IMG/VR virus record: IMGVR_UViG_3300005613_000299
Span: 1 to 30,028 of that record
Direction: 5' to 3' (one strand)
Length of the DNA: 30,028 nucleotides
Source: a virus
Taxonomy: Duplodnaviria; Caudoviricetes
Part shown: piece after piece, positions 15,777-26,183 of the stretch
How the letters are laid out: every line of letters begins with the position of its first letter
Numbering within the stretch: the stretch's first letter is position 1
Made by a program: the position numbers and the translations under genes
The notes under the pieces: generated by a model
What the model was told of the DNA's origin: nothing
Database searches by the model: none
Seen by the model: only the letters and a program-made list of their open reading frames with translations

Positions 15777-16289
15777 CTAAGAGTTAAAGTCGATTAATGT
15801 TTGTAAGTCTGTATTAGAAATATGTGGAGCAATAGCATCTTCTTGACCTGTAAAGTTCAAAGTCCAGCCATTCATATCTCCACCTGCTTGACCGCTCACT
15901 CCCTCGTGAGTAGTTACAAACATTCCATTTTCAAGTCCGTAAACTTTGTTTCTTCCATTTCTATCAGTAGCAATGATTTTAAAATAACCACTTGATAATG
16001 TTTGTACAAGTAAATCAGAATCAACATCGCTAGATTTTAACATAGCCATAACCGCTTGCTCATAGATTGTAGAGTTGTTATCTCTGCTTCCTGTTGGCGT
16101 TTGGTTTGCAAATCCACTATTGATGTCGAGTTCAAATTTAAATGCAGTTTTCGTCTGCGTGGAAATTGTAGCTAATCCTGTTGCAACTGAGAAAGTCACA
16201 CCATCACTATTTATGATGGTGATAGACTTTAATCCTCCTCTGTTAGAGCAATTAGGCTTTGTATATCCACTTAATAATTCACAACTCAT
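15777..16289 (-). CDS. probable major tail tube protein
   Basis: MSC.L.SG....C....GG.K N-terminus; DRNG....YGLENG...G...GDMNGWTLNFTGQE; 170 aa, co-transcribed with the capsid gene. Confidence 0.65.
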   Translation of the reverse strand: MSCELLSGYTKPNCSNRGGLKSITIINSDGVTFSVATGLATISTQTKTAFKFELDINSGFANQTPTGSRDNNSTIYEQAVMAMLKSSDVDSDLLVQTLSSGYFKIIATDRNGRNKVYGLENGMFVTTHEGVSGQAGGDMNGWTLNFTGQEDAIAPHISNTDLQTLIDFNS

Positions 16290-16316
16290 ATTGTATGTTT
16301 TTTAAAGTGTTAATAA

Positions 16317-17285
16317 TTAAGATGCTGCTTCGTCATACTTAGCAAAGTATTGAGGTCTTGCGTAGTTAACTCCTACATCCATTATTCCTGATAATCTCAA
16401 TGTTCTTTCTTTTACTAAGAAATCAGCGTAAACCCCTTGGAAATCTCCCTCTTGGTTAGTTGAAACCATTACATAAGAATAAGGAACGAAGTATATCTCT
16501 CCTGTTGACAATTGAGGTACTACTCTAACTGTGTCCATAGTTCCAGGCAATGCTAATGTTTTACCATTTCCATCTCCTTGAATGTTTGCAGTATAGTGGA
16601 AGTTGTTATCTGCTAATAAATTATCAACTAAGAAATTAAAGTCAACTTCTGAACAAATGATTTCTCCTGCTATTGCATTATCTCTTACCTCAGTTGCAAC
16701 TGTTCTTGACACTCCTTTGAATATTGCATAAGCATTAGAAGCTGATACTGCTCCTGCATTTGCAAACGCTGGGATAAGTGGGTCGTTTTTCCATTTTTTA
16801 ATCAATCCGTCAAACATTGCAAGTTCTGAATTTCCTGAACCTGTATCTCCTTTGAAGATTAAGTCTTGAATTTTCTTCTCTAACTTCAATCTAGTTAAAG
16901 CCAACATTTGTTGTTCAATCGGCAACTCTTCCAAAGATGCTTTAGCACCACTTCTCAAAAGCAATTGCGCCCAAGTGTTGTTTAACGAGTTGTTACACAA
17001 AAGTAATTCAATACCAACTCTTTTAGATGTCAATTCTACTTGTGTAAAGTCAACTGTTCCTGCATCTGAAAATGCGCAGTTTGTCATTGCTTGTAGTTCA
17101 GGGTCTATATCAAACAATTTAACGATGTAAGTAGAATCTGCTGGTACACCATCTTGAATTACAACTCTCGATAAAAAGTCGTTGTTCTCAACTAATGCAG
17201 GTATCACTTCTGTTGAAGAGATATTGATGTTTTCTGCTAAATCAGTTACTGTGTAACTAAATTTTTCTTTAAATAAATCTTTCAT
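16317..17285 (-). CDS. major capsid protein
   Basis: 322 aa after protease/scaffold; CAF...G...F.Q..L, I.KGDT......FDGLIK. Confidence 0.8.
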   Translation of the reverse strand: MKDLFKEKFSYTVTDLAENINISSTEVIPALVENNDFLSRVVIQDGVPADSTYIVKLFDIDPELQAMTNCAFSDAGTVDFTQVELTSKRVGIELLLCNNSLNNTWAQLLLRSGAKASLEELPIEQQMLALTRLKLEKKIQDLIFKGDTGSGNSELAMFDGLIKKWKNDPLIPAFANAGAVSASNAYAIFKGVSRTVATEVRDNAIAGEIICSEVDFNFLVDNLLADNNFHYTANIQGDGNGKTLALPGTMDTVRVVPQLSTGEIYFVPYSYVMVSTNQEGDFQGVYADFLVKERTLRLSGIMDVGVNYARPQYFAKYDEAAS

Positions 17286-17289
17286 TTTT

Positions 17290-18327
17290 TTAGGCTTTAA
17301 TTTTTTTCCAATCTGCGTTGGTGTTTGGTTTTACATTTGTTTTTTTCTCTTCTGTTGTTGAAACCAATTTAAATAGGTTTTCAATTTTTTTGTTTTGCTC
17401 TTCGATAGTCGATTTCAACTCGGCAACCTCTTTTTTAAAGTTTTCTCTTTGACTAGCAAACTGCTTAGCCATTTCTTCGATAACTTCCTCAGTAGTTTCT
17501 TCTTCAGTCACCTCTTCAGTCACCTCTTCAACAGTTTCTACAAGTCCATTTACATCTACTGTAATAACTAGGTTCATCTCAGGTAGGTTGTATGTTCCCT
17601 CTCCTGCTACGATTTCCCCCTCTTCTGTTACCAACATAATTGGTGTGCCAGTTGTAAGGTCGCCTTCCCATTTCATTGTTTCGCCATTTGAAGTAACTGT
17701 TTCTGCGAATACCTTTTCGGCTTCTGTTTCGCTAAAAATTGCTAGAATTCTATCTTTTAGCGTTTGCTTTTTTTCATTCATTTTTATTTGATTTTTAAAA
17801 TTTACTTTTTCAATATCGAACCAAGCCTCAATACTAAACCCTTGATAAATACCTTTTTTCCATTTATCCCACTCGTCATTATTCTCAACAAAATAAGATA
17901 CTATCATAGTACCATCTTGTAAGTTTTGAGATTTGAAAATGTCAGGAGCGTGGTGTCCTCTTGCTTTATCTACATAATAGATTTCATCTAATGAAGCACC
18001 ATTGATTTGTTTATTAGAATCATGCATTGAGTTTAGATTGTGCATATATCCTTTTTGCATCATTCTACGACCTAGTTCTCTTGTGACTTGTGGAGTAAAG
18101 AATAAGTTATATTCATTCCCTGCTTTATCTCTTCTATAAATAGGAATGTTAGTAGCAATCGCTACACCCGTAACAATTCGTCTTTCTTCGTTAAAGTGGA
18201 ATTTATCTTCAGGTTTACCAAAAAAATATGCTTGTTTCTGAGTAGCTGGATAATCAACGAAAGCGTTGAAGTCCATTCCATCCTCATCAGAATTTAATAC
18301 AACTTTGTATAAAGGCAATTTCTCCAT
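17290..18327 (-). CDS. prohead protease (XkdF-like) fused to acidic coiled-coil scaffold
   Basis: FVDYPA, EERRIVTG.A....IPIYR, N.MH, GT...SY.VEN...W...K.G.YQGFSIE; E-rich C-terminal half. Confidence 0.8.
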   Translation of the reverse strand: MEKLPLYKVVLNSDEDGMDFNAFVDYPATQKQAYFFGKPEDKFHFNEERRIVTGVAIATNIPIYRRDKAGNEYNLFFTPQVTRELGRRMMQKGYMHNLNSMHDSNKQINGASLDEIYYVDKARGHHAPDIFKSQNLQDGTMIVSYFVENNDEWDKWKKGIYQGFSIEAWFDIEKVNFKNQIKMNEKKQTLKDRILAIFSETEAEKVFAETVTSNGETMKWEGDLTTGTPIMLVTEEGEIVAGEGTYNLPEMNLVITVDVNGLVETVEEVTEEVTEEETTEEVIEEMAKQFASQRENFKKEVAELKSTIEEQNKKIENLFKLVSTTEEKKTNVKPNTNADWKKIKA

Positions 18328-18332
18328 ACAAG

Positions 18333-18358
18333 TAAAACAACTTTTTTTAAAATCTGTT
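18333..18358 (-). promoter_or_regulatory. putative late promoter (ECF-sigma-like), copy 1
   Basis: AACAGATTTTAAAAAAAGTTGTTTTA, then 5 nt, then ATG; 23/26 identical to the copy at 26158-26183. Confidence 0.65.
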
Positions 18359-18389
18359 CACTTTTTAAACGTATGGAGTTAATAACCAA

Positions 18390-20639
18390 CTAGATAGATG
18401 AAACGGTTTTTATCTTAGACGCTTCGTTATTTACCTTGTTGAAACTATCAACTACAAGGACTGGACTTGGTTGGTTATTTAACAAACTAGCAATGTTTGT
18501 TAGGTTGTCATTTTGTTGTGCTTGTCCTGTTGCTCCACCATTTGCTCCACCGCTTGAAACTCTAGGAATTGATACAGAAGCAGAACCACCGCCACCGCCA
18601 CCCTCGTAACGTGATGATACTATTCTCGCAATATTTGAAGCGGCGAATACCCCAGCAGCTGTAGCTGCGATTGATTTACCAACTATTCCAGTAGGTGTGT
18701 TTGCAAATGTTGATAGAACCGCTTTATATCCATCAACTGTTGCATCTGCTACATTCTTTGTTTTGTTAATTTGAAATTCACGCTTTGCAGCCTTTTCGCT
18801 ATTCTTACCAAATATAGCATTTAAGTTGTCGGCAAAATCTAGCCCTTGTTGAGCCTTTTCGTTTATTTTATCAGCAAGTGCCAATCTTCTATCTAGTTCC
18901 TCTTCGTTTGCTTTCTTTTTCGCTTCATCTTCTAAATCAATGTACTTGTTAACTATTGCGTTTTTCTTTGCTAGATACTCTTCTTCTAATAGTAGTTTCA
19001 ACTCTTCATTATTCCCTACTGCTAACAACTCATTGTTTAACTTTTCATTTAAGTCGTCAAGTTCTTTTTGTTGTGCGCTTAGTTGTCTTTGTCTGTATGC
19101 TTCTGTTACTGCTTCTTCATCTGCTATTGCTTTTTGTTTTAGTTCAAATGCTTTTTTCTCTGCATCTTGTTTTGCTTTTAATTCATCATCTAGTCTTTTC
19201 TGCTCTTTTTCAGCTTGTTCTTTATTTAACTTGTCCTCATCTTCTGCGTTTTTCTTTGCGCTATCTCTTTTTATTTTATTTACTTTAACTGTATGCACTT
19301 CTATTTCTTGCTCAGTCTTTACTAAGGTGTCTTTTAGTTTTGTTAAATCATCATCAGTACCTATTGCTTGTTGGATAAAAGCCTCTTCTCCTCCTGCCTT
19401 GTCTATTTGTTCTTGGAAAGCAGCAAATATTCCAGCGCCAAATTCACTTGTTTGCGCTCTTAATTTTAATATCTCTAAGTTTGCTTTTATTTCAGTTCTT
19501 AGCATTTCCTCAGTTAACGCTATTTGCTCAGCAGTAGATTGTCTTTTATTCTCTAAAATTTGACCCTCAATTTCAATAGTGCTTTTTCCGTTTGCTTGTA
19601 GCAATTTCATTTGATGGTTAAGAGCTGCATCTTCTTCATCAAACCTTTCTTGTGCTGCTTTTAATTCATCTTTCTTTGCTTGAACATAACTATCTCTTTG
19701 GCGTTCTATGTCGCTAATTCTTGATTGTATGTTTTCTTTATGCTTTCGTGTTTGTTCATCATCAACTACACCCATATCTTCAAAGAGTTTAATAGCGTAT
19801 GAAATCGCTGGTACTAAACCAAAAGTTAAATACCCTATAAGTATTTGCATACCCGTTCCCATTTCTCGAAACTCCTTAGCCATATTTTGAACCCACTTAG
19901 CACCTTTAATAACTGCTTCACTAACTAAATCAAAATTAGCAATAAGTAAACCAAGCCCCACAATTATCGCTCCTATTCCAGTAGCTACTAAAGCAAGTTT
20001 AAATATTTTCAACGCCCCCGTTGCCGTACCTACAACAGTCGCATAAGCAGTAGTTAAAGCAGTCGCTATCTTTGTTTGTGTGTTTCTGAACACCAACATC
20101 ATCGCACTTTCCTTTTCTAAAGATAGCCTAATTTGCTCAATTCCTGTCAGTACACTTTGAGCCGCTTGCATCTTTACAAGTGATTGCATAAGTGCTTCAT
20201 TCTCTTGACCTGCTAAAGCCATTACACCTTGCATTGCTCCATAACCTGCAGTTACTGATTGCCCTAACTGTAAAGCCCCTTGCATATTCTTACCATCATT
20301 TGCAAGACGAGTGACTTCATTTCGTAAATCGGTTAATTTGTCTTGAAGATTTGCAGCCTCATTTAACGCCGCCTTACCTATTGGAGAAGTTCTACCTGCG
20401 TCTATTGCGATAGTCTGATAGTCTTGAAGTTTTCTAGTTAACTCACGCATTGACAAACCACCTGCATCAATCTCTCCTTTTATTTTAGCCAACCTTTCGC
20501 CAAGAGTTAAAGGTGTATCGTTGATTTTCTTTTGCTCTTTATCGATACCTTTAAGCGATTGCTCAACTTGTTTTGCTCCTTGCTCTGCTCCTTTAGTGTC
20601 TAATTTCAGACTTACTACTATATCTCTGTTTTCTGCCAT
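18390..20639 (-). CDS. tail tape measure protein
   Basis: 749 aa, A/E/K-rich helical, ALVATGIGAIIVGLGLLIANFD motif, long coiled coil. Confidence 0.85.
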   Translation of the reverse strand: MAENRDIVVSLKLDTKGAEQGAKQVEQSLKGIDKEQKKINDTPLTLGERLAKIKGEIDAGGLSMRELTRKLQDYQTIAIDAGRTSPIGKAALNEAANLQDKLTDLRNEVTRLANDGKNMQGALQLGQSVTAGYGAMQGVMALAGQENEALMQSLVKMQAAQSVLTGIEQIRLSLEKESAMMLVFRNTQTKIATALTTAYATVVGTATGALKIFKLALVATGIGAIIVGLGLLIANFDLVSEAVIKGAKWVQNMAKEFREMGTGMQILIGYLTFGLVPAISYAIKLFEDMGVVDDEQTRKHKENIQSRISDIERQRDSYVQAKKDELKAAQERFDEEDAALNHQMKLLQANGKSTIEIEGQILENKRQSTAEQIALTEEMLRTEIKANLEILKLRAQTSEFGAGIFAAFQEQIDKAGGEEAFIQQAIGTDDDLTKLKDTLVKTEQEIEVHTVKVNKIKRDSAKKNAEDEDKLNKEQAEKEQKRLDDELKAKQDAEKKAFELKQKAIADEEAVTEAYRQRQLSAQQKELDDLNEKLNNELLAVGNNEELKLLLEEEYLAKKNAIVNKYIDLEDEAKKKANEEELDRRLALADKINEKAQQGLDFADNLNAIFGKNSEKAAKREFQINKTKNVADATVDGYKAVLSTFANTPTGIVGKSIAATAAGVFAASNIARIVSSRYEGGGGGGSASVSIPRVSSGGANGGATGQAQQNDNLTNIASLLNNQPSPVLVVDSFNKVNNEASKIKTVSSI

Positions 20640-20642
20640 ATA

Positions 20643-21848
20643 TTATATTGTTTCTGAAAAGTTTAATGCTGCGTAAAATGTTTCCGTATTTCCACTCAAT
20701 CGCTGAACACCTATGTATATCTCTTGTGGTGTCCCTCCATTTGTTGAACCTATGACTAAATCATTATCAACTGTTTGTTTTGCTCCTAGTTCTGTGTTAT
20801 TGGTGTCTGAACCTAAACCCGAAGTAATTATCGTCCCCCCGCTTATAGTAGTCGCATTTGTTGGGAATGTGTACTCAAGTGTTGAGTTTGCTATAGGTGT
20901 CCAAGTTGGAGAAGTGCCTGTAATTGTTGGGCTTAAAATAATATACCAAGAATATACCGCTGTTGAAGTACACAACACTTCTAATTGTAATAATCTTACA
21001 AATGCCCCTAATTTACCACTTTGAAAACGTAAACCAATTAACGGGTAAATAAGTGAATTATTGTTTGTTATCAATGTGTTGTCCGCTCTATTTAAACCTC
21101 TTAAAACTCCCGTTTCTGAACGACCGCCCTCAGTTATTACACTTGAACAAATATGTAGCATATCTTTAGCACCTACACCCGTTCCATCATTAGATATTTC
21201 ATATCTTAAAGGTAGGTTAGGAGTTGACATAAATACCTCTGTAAGTACATTTGCATTGTGGATATAATGACAGTAAATAGGTTTGCCATCTATAAACACT
21301 CCAAATCTAACCGTACCAACTCCAAGCCATTCGTAATCGAAAAAGAATATTTGTGTTTTAGTTAAATCTAAAGTATATCCACTCTTTCCAGTACCATCTA
21401 ATTTGTCAATATTCCAATCTGCTTGGTTAATTCTATTGTCAACTGCCGACCCACTTGTAAAAGTTCTTCTTACAACTCCAATTCCTGCGCTAGTTACTTC
21501 AAAAAATAATCCATTATCTGTATTAAATTGACCTATTCTCTGTGTAAACCCACTTGCAGCACTTCCAATTATTCCAGTCATCAAAATTAACTGGGACTTT
21601 CCTGGTTGGTAGTTGAAATATTGGAATGATTGTCGGCTTGTCATTTCAGCACTTGCACTAGCAACTGTTAAGGTTGTTGATGCTTGGTTGGTGTTATGTG
21701 TAACTCCACCGCTACCAGTTATTTCATCACTCCAAAATAAATCTTGTTTGTCATATATTTGTTTACTGTCAAATATCGTTTCCGGGTTTGATACTCTTAG
21801 TCTTGCAAAAGCATCTAAATTATCGGGTATGTATGGGCTATAACTCAT
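20643..21848 (-). CDS. virion structural protein (beta-rich, lectin-like core)
   Basis: DAFARLRVSNPETIFDSKQ, YQPGKSQ, DYEWLGVG.VRFG; located among tail genes. Confidence 0.55.
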   Translation of the reverse strand: MSYSPYIPDNLDAFARLRVSNPETIFDSKQIYDKQDLFWSDEITGSGGVTHNTNQASTTLTVASASAEMTSRQSFQYFNYQPGKSQLILMTGIIGSAASGFTQRIGQFNTDNGLFFEVTSAGIGVVRRTFTSGSAVDNRINQADWNIDKLDGTGKSGYTLDLTKTQIFFFDYEWLGVGTVRFGVFIDGKPIYCHYIHNANVLTEVFMSTPNLPLRYEISNDGTGVGAKDMLHICSSVITEGGRSETGVLRGLNRADNTLITNNNSLIYPLIGLRFQSGKLGAFVRLLQLEVLCTSTAVYSWYIILSPTITGTSPTWTPIANSTLEYTFPTNATTISGGTIITSGLGSDTNNTELGAKQTVDNDLVIGSTNGGTPQEIYIGVQRLSGNTETFYAALNFSETI

Positions 21849-21852
21849 AATT

Positions 21853-24474
21853 TTATAATATTATCCATTTTGTAGAATTTATTAATTGAAAAGTTTTTGA
21901 CTCTAATGGTTGTGTCATTTGTATTTCTATTTCTCCATCTATTAAGGTTGTTGGACTTACAGCCTTTACTCTCAAATCAATAGCAGAAGTAGATGCGTAT
22001 TTAATGGTAACTCTTTTATTTATAACATCTTTAGGGTCGGGTAGAGTTATAATTGCATCATTAGTCACTAATACGGTGTAAATTTCAGGTAAAACAGTAT
22101 AATCTGCGTTTACAATAACGCTAATATATGGACTTACTACTTTGCCTGTTGTTTCTGTCACTTGTATAGCCCCACTTTTTACACTAATAACCGCATCATT
22201 CCCTGTTGTTTCATCTTCAAAAACTAATTCTTTAATTTGCTTACCGTCTATTAATTGTGGAAGCTTAATCGTGTAGTTTCGTGGAGAAGTAGATTCCAAT
22301 ACTTTTACTAATTCAACTTGTGAAGTAGTGCCGCTATTAAGCACTGTATCGTTTATTTTGTTTAACCTATAAGCGATGCCTTTTATCTTCTTTAAATTGC
22401 TAAAAAAGTCGCCTATAAAATCTCCCTCGTCAAGTTTAAAATAAGAAGTCAATAACCTACCATCAATGCTTGTAAATTCGTTTATAAATCTTCTGAAATA
22501 TAATTGGAATAAATTGCTCGTTGTGTAAGCAGAAGCAATATAAAACACTTCGATAGGTGTACCAAAACATAAATCTATTGTTGGCGTTGTTATGTTGTCC
22601 AAATGATGCGCTAACGGATAGGTTGCGTACACGCTATCACTTTCTGCACCGCTAGTTGTCTTTAAAGTCCAATCCCCCGTTTGCATAGGATTGATAAAAT
22701 AAATACGTGGCTTTCCTTTGTATGGATTGACAATACTATTTTCTACTTTGATAATTCTAGGAATAGTTAAATCTGTATTCTCAATATCAACTAATGGCGT
22801 AACTGTGTAAGGCATCTTAATAATACTATCGCCTTTTGTGAATAGTGTAGGATTTTCAAACGTGAAGTTGCCATATCCCTGCTCGTGCTTAGACTTATAA
22901 AGAGCGTGATAAAAGTCGTTATCATCAGCGTAATTATAAACGTATCTTTTTGGCTGAGTGACTGCTATAGGTTCAATCTCAATCTCTTTTGTGAGGTCTT
23001 GCTTATAGGTCCAATCATCAGCATCAGAAGTAGAGCCATAGTAATCTTCAAGAGGTTCAATGTTTATTACATTCAACTCAGTTGGCTCATCTACTTGTAA
23101 ATTGTATTGCTTAATAATTGAAGTAACGAAATCAGCGACTTTTATATCAGGTGCAAAAACGGCTAAGTTAACATTGTCGCCGTTTACCAATTCGCTATCT
23201 GTTGCTTGTAGTTCAAAGTCGAAACCTGTTGTATCAAATTCTACGGTTAAATTTCCAAGTGAACCATCTACTTGCTGTTCAGCGTTTACATTCCAACTAT
23301 AACCTAAATTAATAACATCACCACCTGCTAACGGTAAATCTAAAACTATACTAAAATTAGATGTTGTTCCAATTAAATTATTTGTAACTGTTGCCGTATT
23401 TATAATTGTTTGCCCTTGAACTTGTTGAATACCACCATTTTTATAAACTATTAACCCAAGCAGGAAACTACTAATTGACCCTGTTCCTGTGCCACTTATT
23501 AATAAATCATAATCAATCGTGCCGTTAACTACTACCCTATAATTCCCATCATTTGAAACTTGAATGCTAGGACTTGAATATTGACCTTTAATATCTTGAA
23601 CAACTGTTGCACTTGCGCTTAAATTAATACTTTGAGCAACTTCCCAAAATAGGCTTGTTGTACCGCCAGCTGGTGTATATGTATTGGTTATAACTCTATC
23701 AATTGTCAAATCAACCAATCTATTATTTAACTCTGTACTATCCAATTTCGGAGGGTCGCCACCTCCTATTCCAATGATTGCCTTTTTTAACATTGCGCTA
23801 TCAATGAAAGAACCATCAATGGTAAAGCCTAAAAATTCAAATGCTTTTATTAATATCTCACGTTGGTATAAGTGAGGAAATATCCTGTTGTCCGCATATT
23901 CATCAGGTTGCCCTCCGAAACCGTAATCTATCAAAGCATAATAATACCCAAAGCCATCGGGTAACCCTGCCGTAAAGTTAGAAGTAGCAACACCATTTTT
24001 TATTACTGATGTGTCCCAACTGTTTGCAATATTGGTATGGTTCAAAACGTGGTTATATTCTGTCCAACCTAACTCACTTATTTTTATATCTCCAAATTGA
24101 TTTATGAAATTAACAACATTGCTAAATAAAACTATCTCAAAATTAACTACTTCATTTAATATCTTTGTCTTTATGATTTGCGCAAAGCCATTGAACCGTA
24201 ATTGATTGTTTACATAATACTTTGCTTCATACGTTTGTCTAGGGTCGAAGTCGAAGCCAATAGGATTTAATGGGTCGAAGTATTGAGGCAAAGAATAAGC
24301 GCTATAAAATATATTTAAATTGTTTTGTGTGCCGGGAATATTTAATGTCTTAGATACGCTTCGACTTCTTTTATCAGGCTCTTTAACATCATTAATTGAA
24401 AAAGAAAAAGAAAAGTCAGTTGAAGCATCTAAATCAACCTTTAACCCATTTATGTAAAGTTCATCATTTATCAT
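21853..24474 (-). CDS. large tail tip / baseplate hub protein
   Basis: 873 aa; LYING..VDL, S.SI.D......R....SKT..IPGT.NN, YY.LIDYG, DWT.K.D. Confidence 0.65.
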   Translation of the reverse strand: MINDELYINGLKVDLDASTDFSFSFSINDVKEPDKRSRSVSKTLNIPGTQNNLNIFYSAYSLPQYFDPLNPIGFDFDPRQTYEAKYYVNNQLRFNGFAQIIKTKILNEVVNFEIVLFSNVVNFINQFGDIKISELGWTEYNHVLNHTNIANSWDTSVIKNGVATSNFTAGLPDGFGYYYALIDYGFGGQPDEYADNRIFPHLYQREILIKAFEFLGFTIDGSFIDSAMLKKAIIGIGGGDPPKLDSTELNNRLVDLTIDRVITNTYTPAGGTTSLFWEVAQSINLSASATVVQDIKGQYSSPSIQVSNDGNYRVVVNGTIDYDLLISGTGTGSISSFLLGLIVYKNGGIQQVQGQTIINTATVTNNLIGTTSNFSIVLDLPLAGGDVINLGYSWNVNAEQQVDGSLGNLTVEFDTTGFDFELQATDSELVNGDNVNLAVFAPDIKVADFVTSIIKQYNLQVDEPTELNVINIEPLEDYYGSTSDADDWTYKQDLTKEIEIEPIAVTQPKRYVYNYADDNDFYHALYKSKHEQGYGNFTFENPTLFTKGDSIIKMPYTVTPLVDIENTDLTIPRIIKVENSIVNPYKGKPRIYFINPMQTGDWTLKTTSGAESDSVYATYPLAHHLDNITTPTIDLCFGTPIEVFYIASAYTTSNLFQLYFRRFINEFTSIDGRLLTSYFKLDEGDFIGDFFSNLKKIKGIAYRLNKINDTVLNSGTTSQVELVKVLESTSPRNYTIKLPQLIDGKQIKELVFEDETTGNDAVISVKSGAIQVTETTGKVVSPYISVIVNADYTVLPEIYTVLVTNDAIITLPDPKDVINKRVTIKYASTSAIDLRVKAVSPTTLIDGEIEIQMTQPLESKTFQLINSTKWIIL

Positions 24475-25589
24475 ACTACTGTACTTGTAAAAGATTTTTG
24501 TTTGATTGTGATTGTGAAGTTGAATAGAGTGTCAAACTTTCTATATTTCTCTTCTGCAGTTGCTTCTGTTATCGCAACCCTTTTACCATTGTATAGTACG
24601 AATGGACTTGTCAGCAGTTGCTCATTTAAAATGTTGTAATCACTTTCACTTATCCACCCAGTTTGAAGTGTGATAGTTTCGTCTTGAGTTATTTGGTAGT
24701 TATATTGACCGCTTGTATCTAATGTTGTGAATGTACCATCTGCATTCAATACACCCTCATTTGTTTTAAATTGGTTAGGTGTGGTTGTCTTTGTATATCG
24801 CTTCATTCTAGTAAAGTGATACACATCTAAACCACCTATAAAGTTTAAGAATGTAATCTCATTTTGGAATGTTGCGCAATTGGAATGGTCTATGTAGATT
24901 CTTATAGATTCACTATTTCCTGCGCCATATCCTAAATAAAAATCAAAATATACAACATCTGTAAATGTACCAACTCCAAAAATAGTTTTTATATTTGAAT
25001 AGGTAAAATACATATTTAAAATATACCCTGATACACTACTCAATGATTCAAGTTTTATCTGAGTTCCTGCAGAATTTCTAAAATCAAAGTAAGCATTCGG
25101 CTCTTCATCATTTGCAATAGCACTTATCCTTTGACTTCCAAAATTATAAAGTTTTTTACTTGCAAAATCTGTCATTAATTTACTATCTAAATCTCCAATA
25201 TACTGGGACATATCAACTGTGTATTTAGACTTTGCTTTGTAAAATCTTAATGTTGCCACAGTTGTAGCACTAGCCTGATTTGTTGGAGGTGTACCGTAAT
25301 TCTCAATTACTTTTATATAGATAGTATCATTATTCTCAGCATCATCAAATAATGTAGTCGCTATCGGTGGCACGTTTACATATCTTTCTGCAACTTCCGA
25401 AGCATCAAAGAAGCCATATATACCAGTAGTCGGCAATACCTTAGCCGTGTAAACTAAATTTCCTGCAATATAAACCTCTAAAATATAACTAAAATTCGCT
25501 TGTCCTGTTTGGTTACTTGAAAAAGTCCAAACCATAGCTTGTCCACTCTGTGAATAGTCTTGAGGTTCTTGTTCTATCGTTACTGCCAT
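24471..25589 (-). CDS. tail structural protein (distal-tail-like)
   Basis: C-terminal FLN..GG.D...F and TLQTGWISE......QLL.SP.V; precedes the hub gene. Confidence 0.6.
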   Translation of the reverse strand: MAVTIEQEPQDYSQSGQAMVWTFSSNQTGQANFSYILEVYIAGNLVYTAKVLPTTGIYGFFDASEVAERYVNVPPIATTLFDDAENNDTIYIKVIENYGTPPTNQASATTVATLRFYKAKSKYTVDMSQYIGDLDSKLMTDFASKKLYNFGSQRISAIANDEEPNAYFDFRNSAGTQIKLESLSSVSGYILNMYFTYSNIKTIFGVGTFTDVVYFDFYLGYGAGNSESIRIYIDHSNCATFQNEITFLNFIGGLDVYHFTRMKRYTKTTTPNQFKTNEGVLNADGTFTTLDTSGQYNYQITQDETITLQTGWISESDYNILNEQLLTSPFVLYNGKRVAITEATAEEKYRKFDTLFNFTITIKQKSFTSTVV

Positions 25590-26152
25590 AAGTTTGCTAA
25601 TTCTTTTGTTAAAATATCTATTTGTTCATCTGTGAATGAATTGTCTATAAACGGTGTCTTTCTTATACCCTTACGTTTAACCGCTTGACTAAATACATAA
25701 GCAGCCCCATTCCTTGCTTTATCATCATTTAGAGGTTTTACTATCCTTTGTCCCTCTCTATTTGTATATGCTAGTTCAGTAATTGCTTTGTCTTTAATAT
25801 ATTGCAACATTGCAGAACGTGGTGGCGCTTTGCTAGTAAATGACATTGTACTACCATGATTTACTTCTGTACCATTAACCCCATAATTGATATACTTCCA
25901 ATACTGCTCAGCAATTACATTAACAGTCATCACACCCTCATCGGATAGTTGTAAGTCGCTTTCTCTGATTGATTGGTATAACGCTCCAGACGTTGTCATT
26001 CTACCGTCATTCTTAAGTATTTCTTTTGCGTGGTCGATACGACCTTGCAACCAATTTAAAACAATATCAGGAGCACTTCCCTTTATAGGTTCAATTACTT
26101 CACTCATAAGGATAGAGTTCATTTGTTCCAATATGCTTACATCTTGCGCCAT
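25580..26152 (-). CDS. putative neck/tail completion protein (HK97 gp10-like)
   Basis: SGALYQSI, YWKYINYGV.G, basic C-terminus ..KGIRKTPF. Confidence 0.55.
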   Translation of the reverse strand: MAQDVSILEQMNSILMSEVIEPIKGSAPDIVLNWLQGRIDHAKEILKNDGRMTTSGALYQSIRESDLQLSDEGVMTVNVIAEQYWKYINYGVNGTEVNHGSTMSFTSKAPPRSAMLQYIKDKAITELAYTNREGQRIVKPLNDDKARNGAAYVFSQAVKRKGIRKTPFIDNSFTDEQIDILTKELANLWQ

Positions 26153-26157
26153 AAATA

Positions 26158-26183
26158 TAAAACAACTTTTTAAAAATTCTGTT
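26158..26183 (-). promoter_or_regulatory. putative late promoter (ECF-sigma-like), copy 2
   Basis: AACAGAATTTTTAAAAAGTTGTTTTA, then 5 nt, then ATG. Confidence 0.65.

Noticed and set aside
17480-17540. TCTTCAGTCACC tandem repeat
   Set aside because: It simply encodes EEVT repeats in the acidic scaffold.
18520-18605. GC-rich CCACCG repeats
   Set aside because: Explained by the poly-Gly linker in the tape measure C-terminus.
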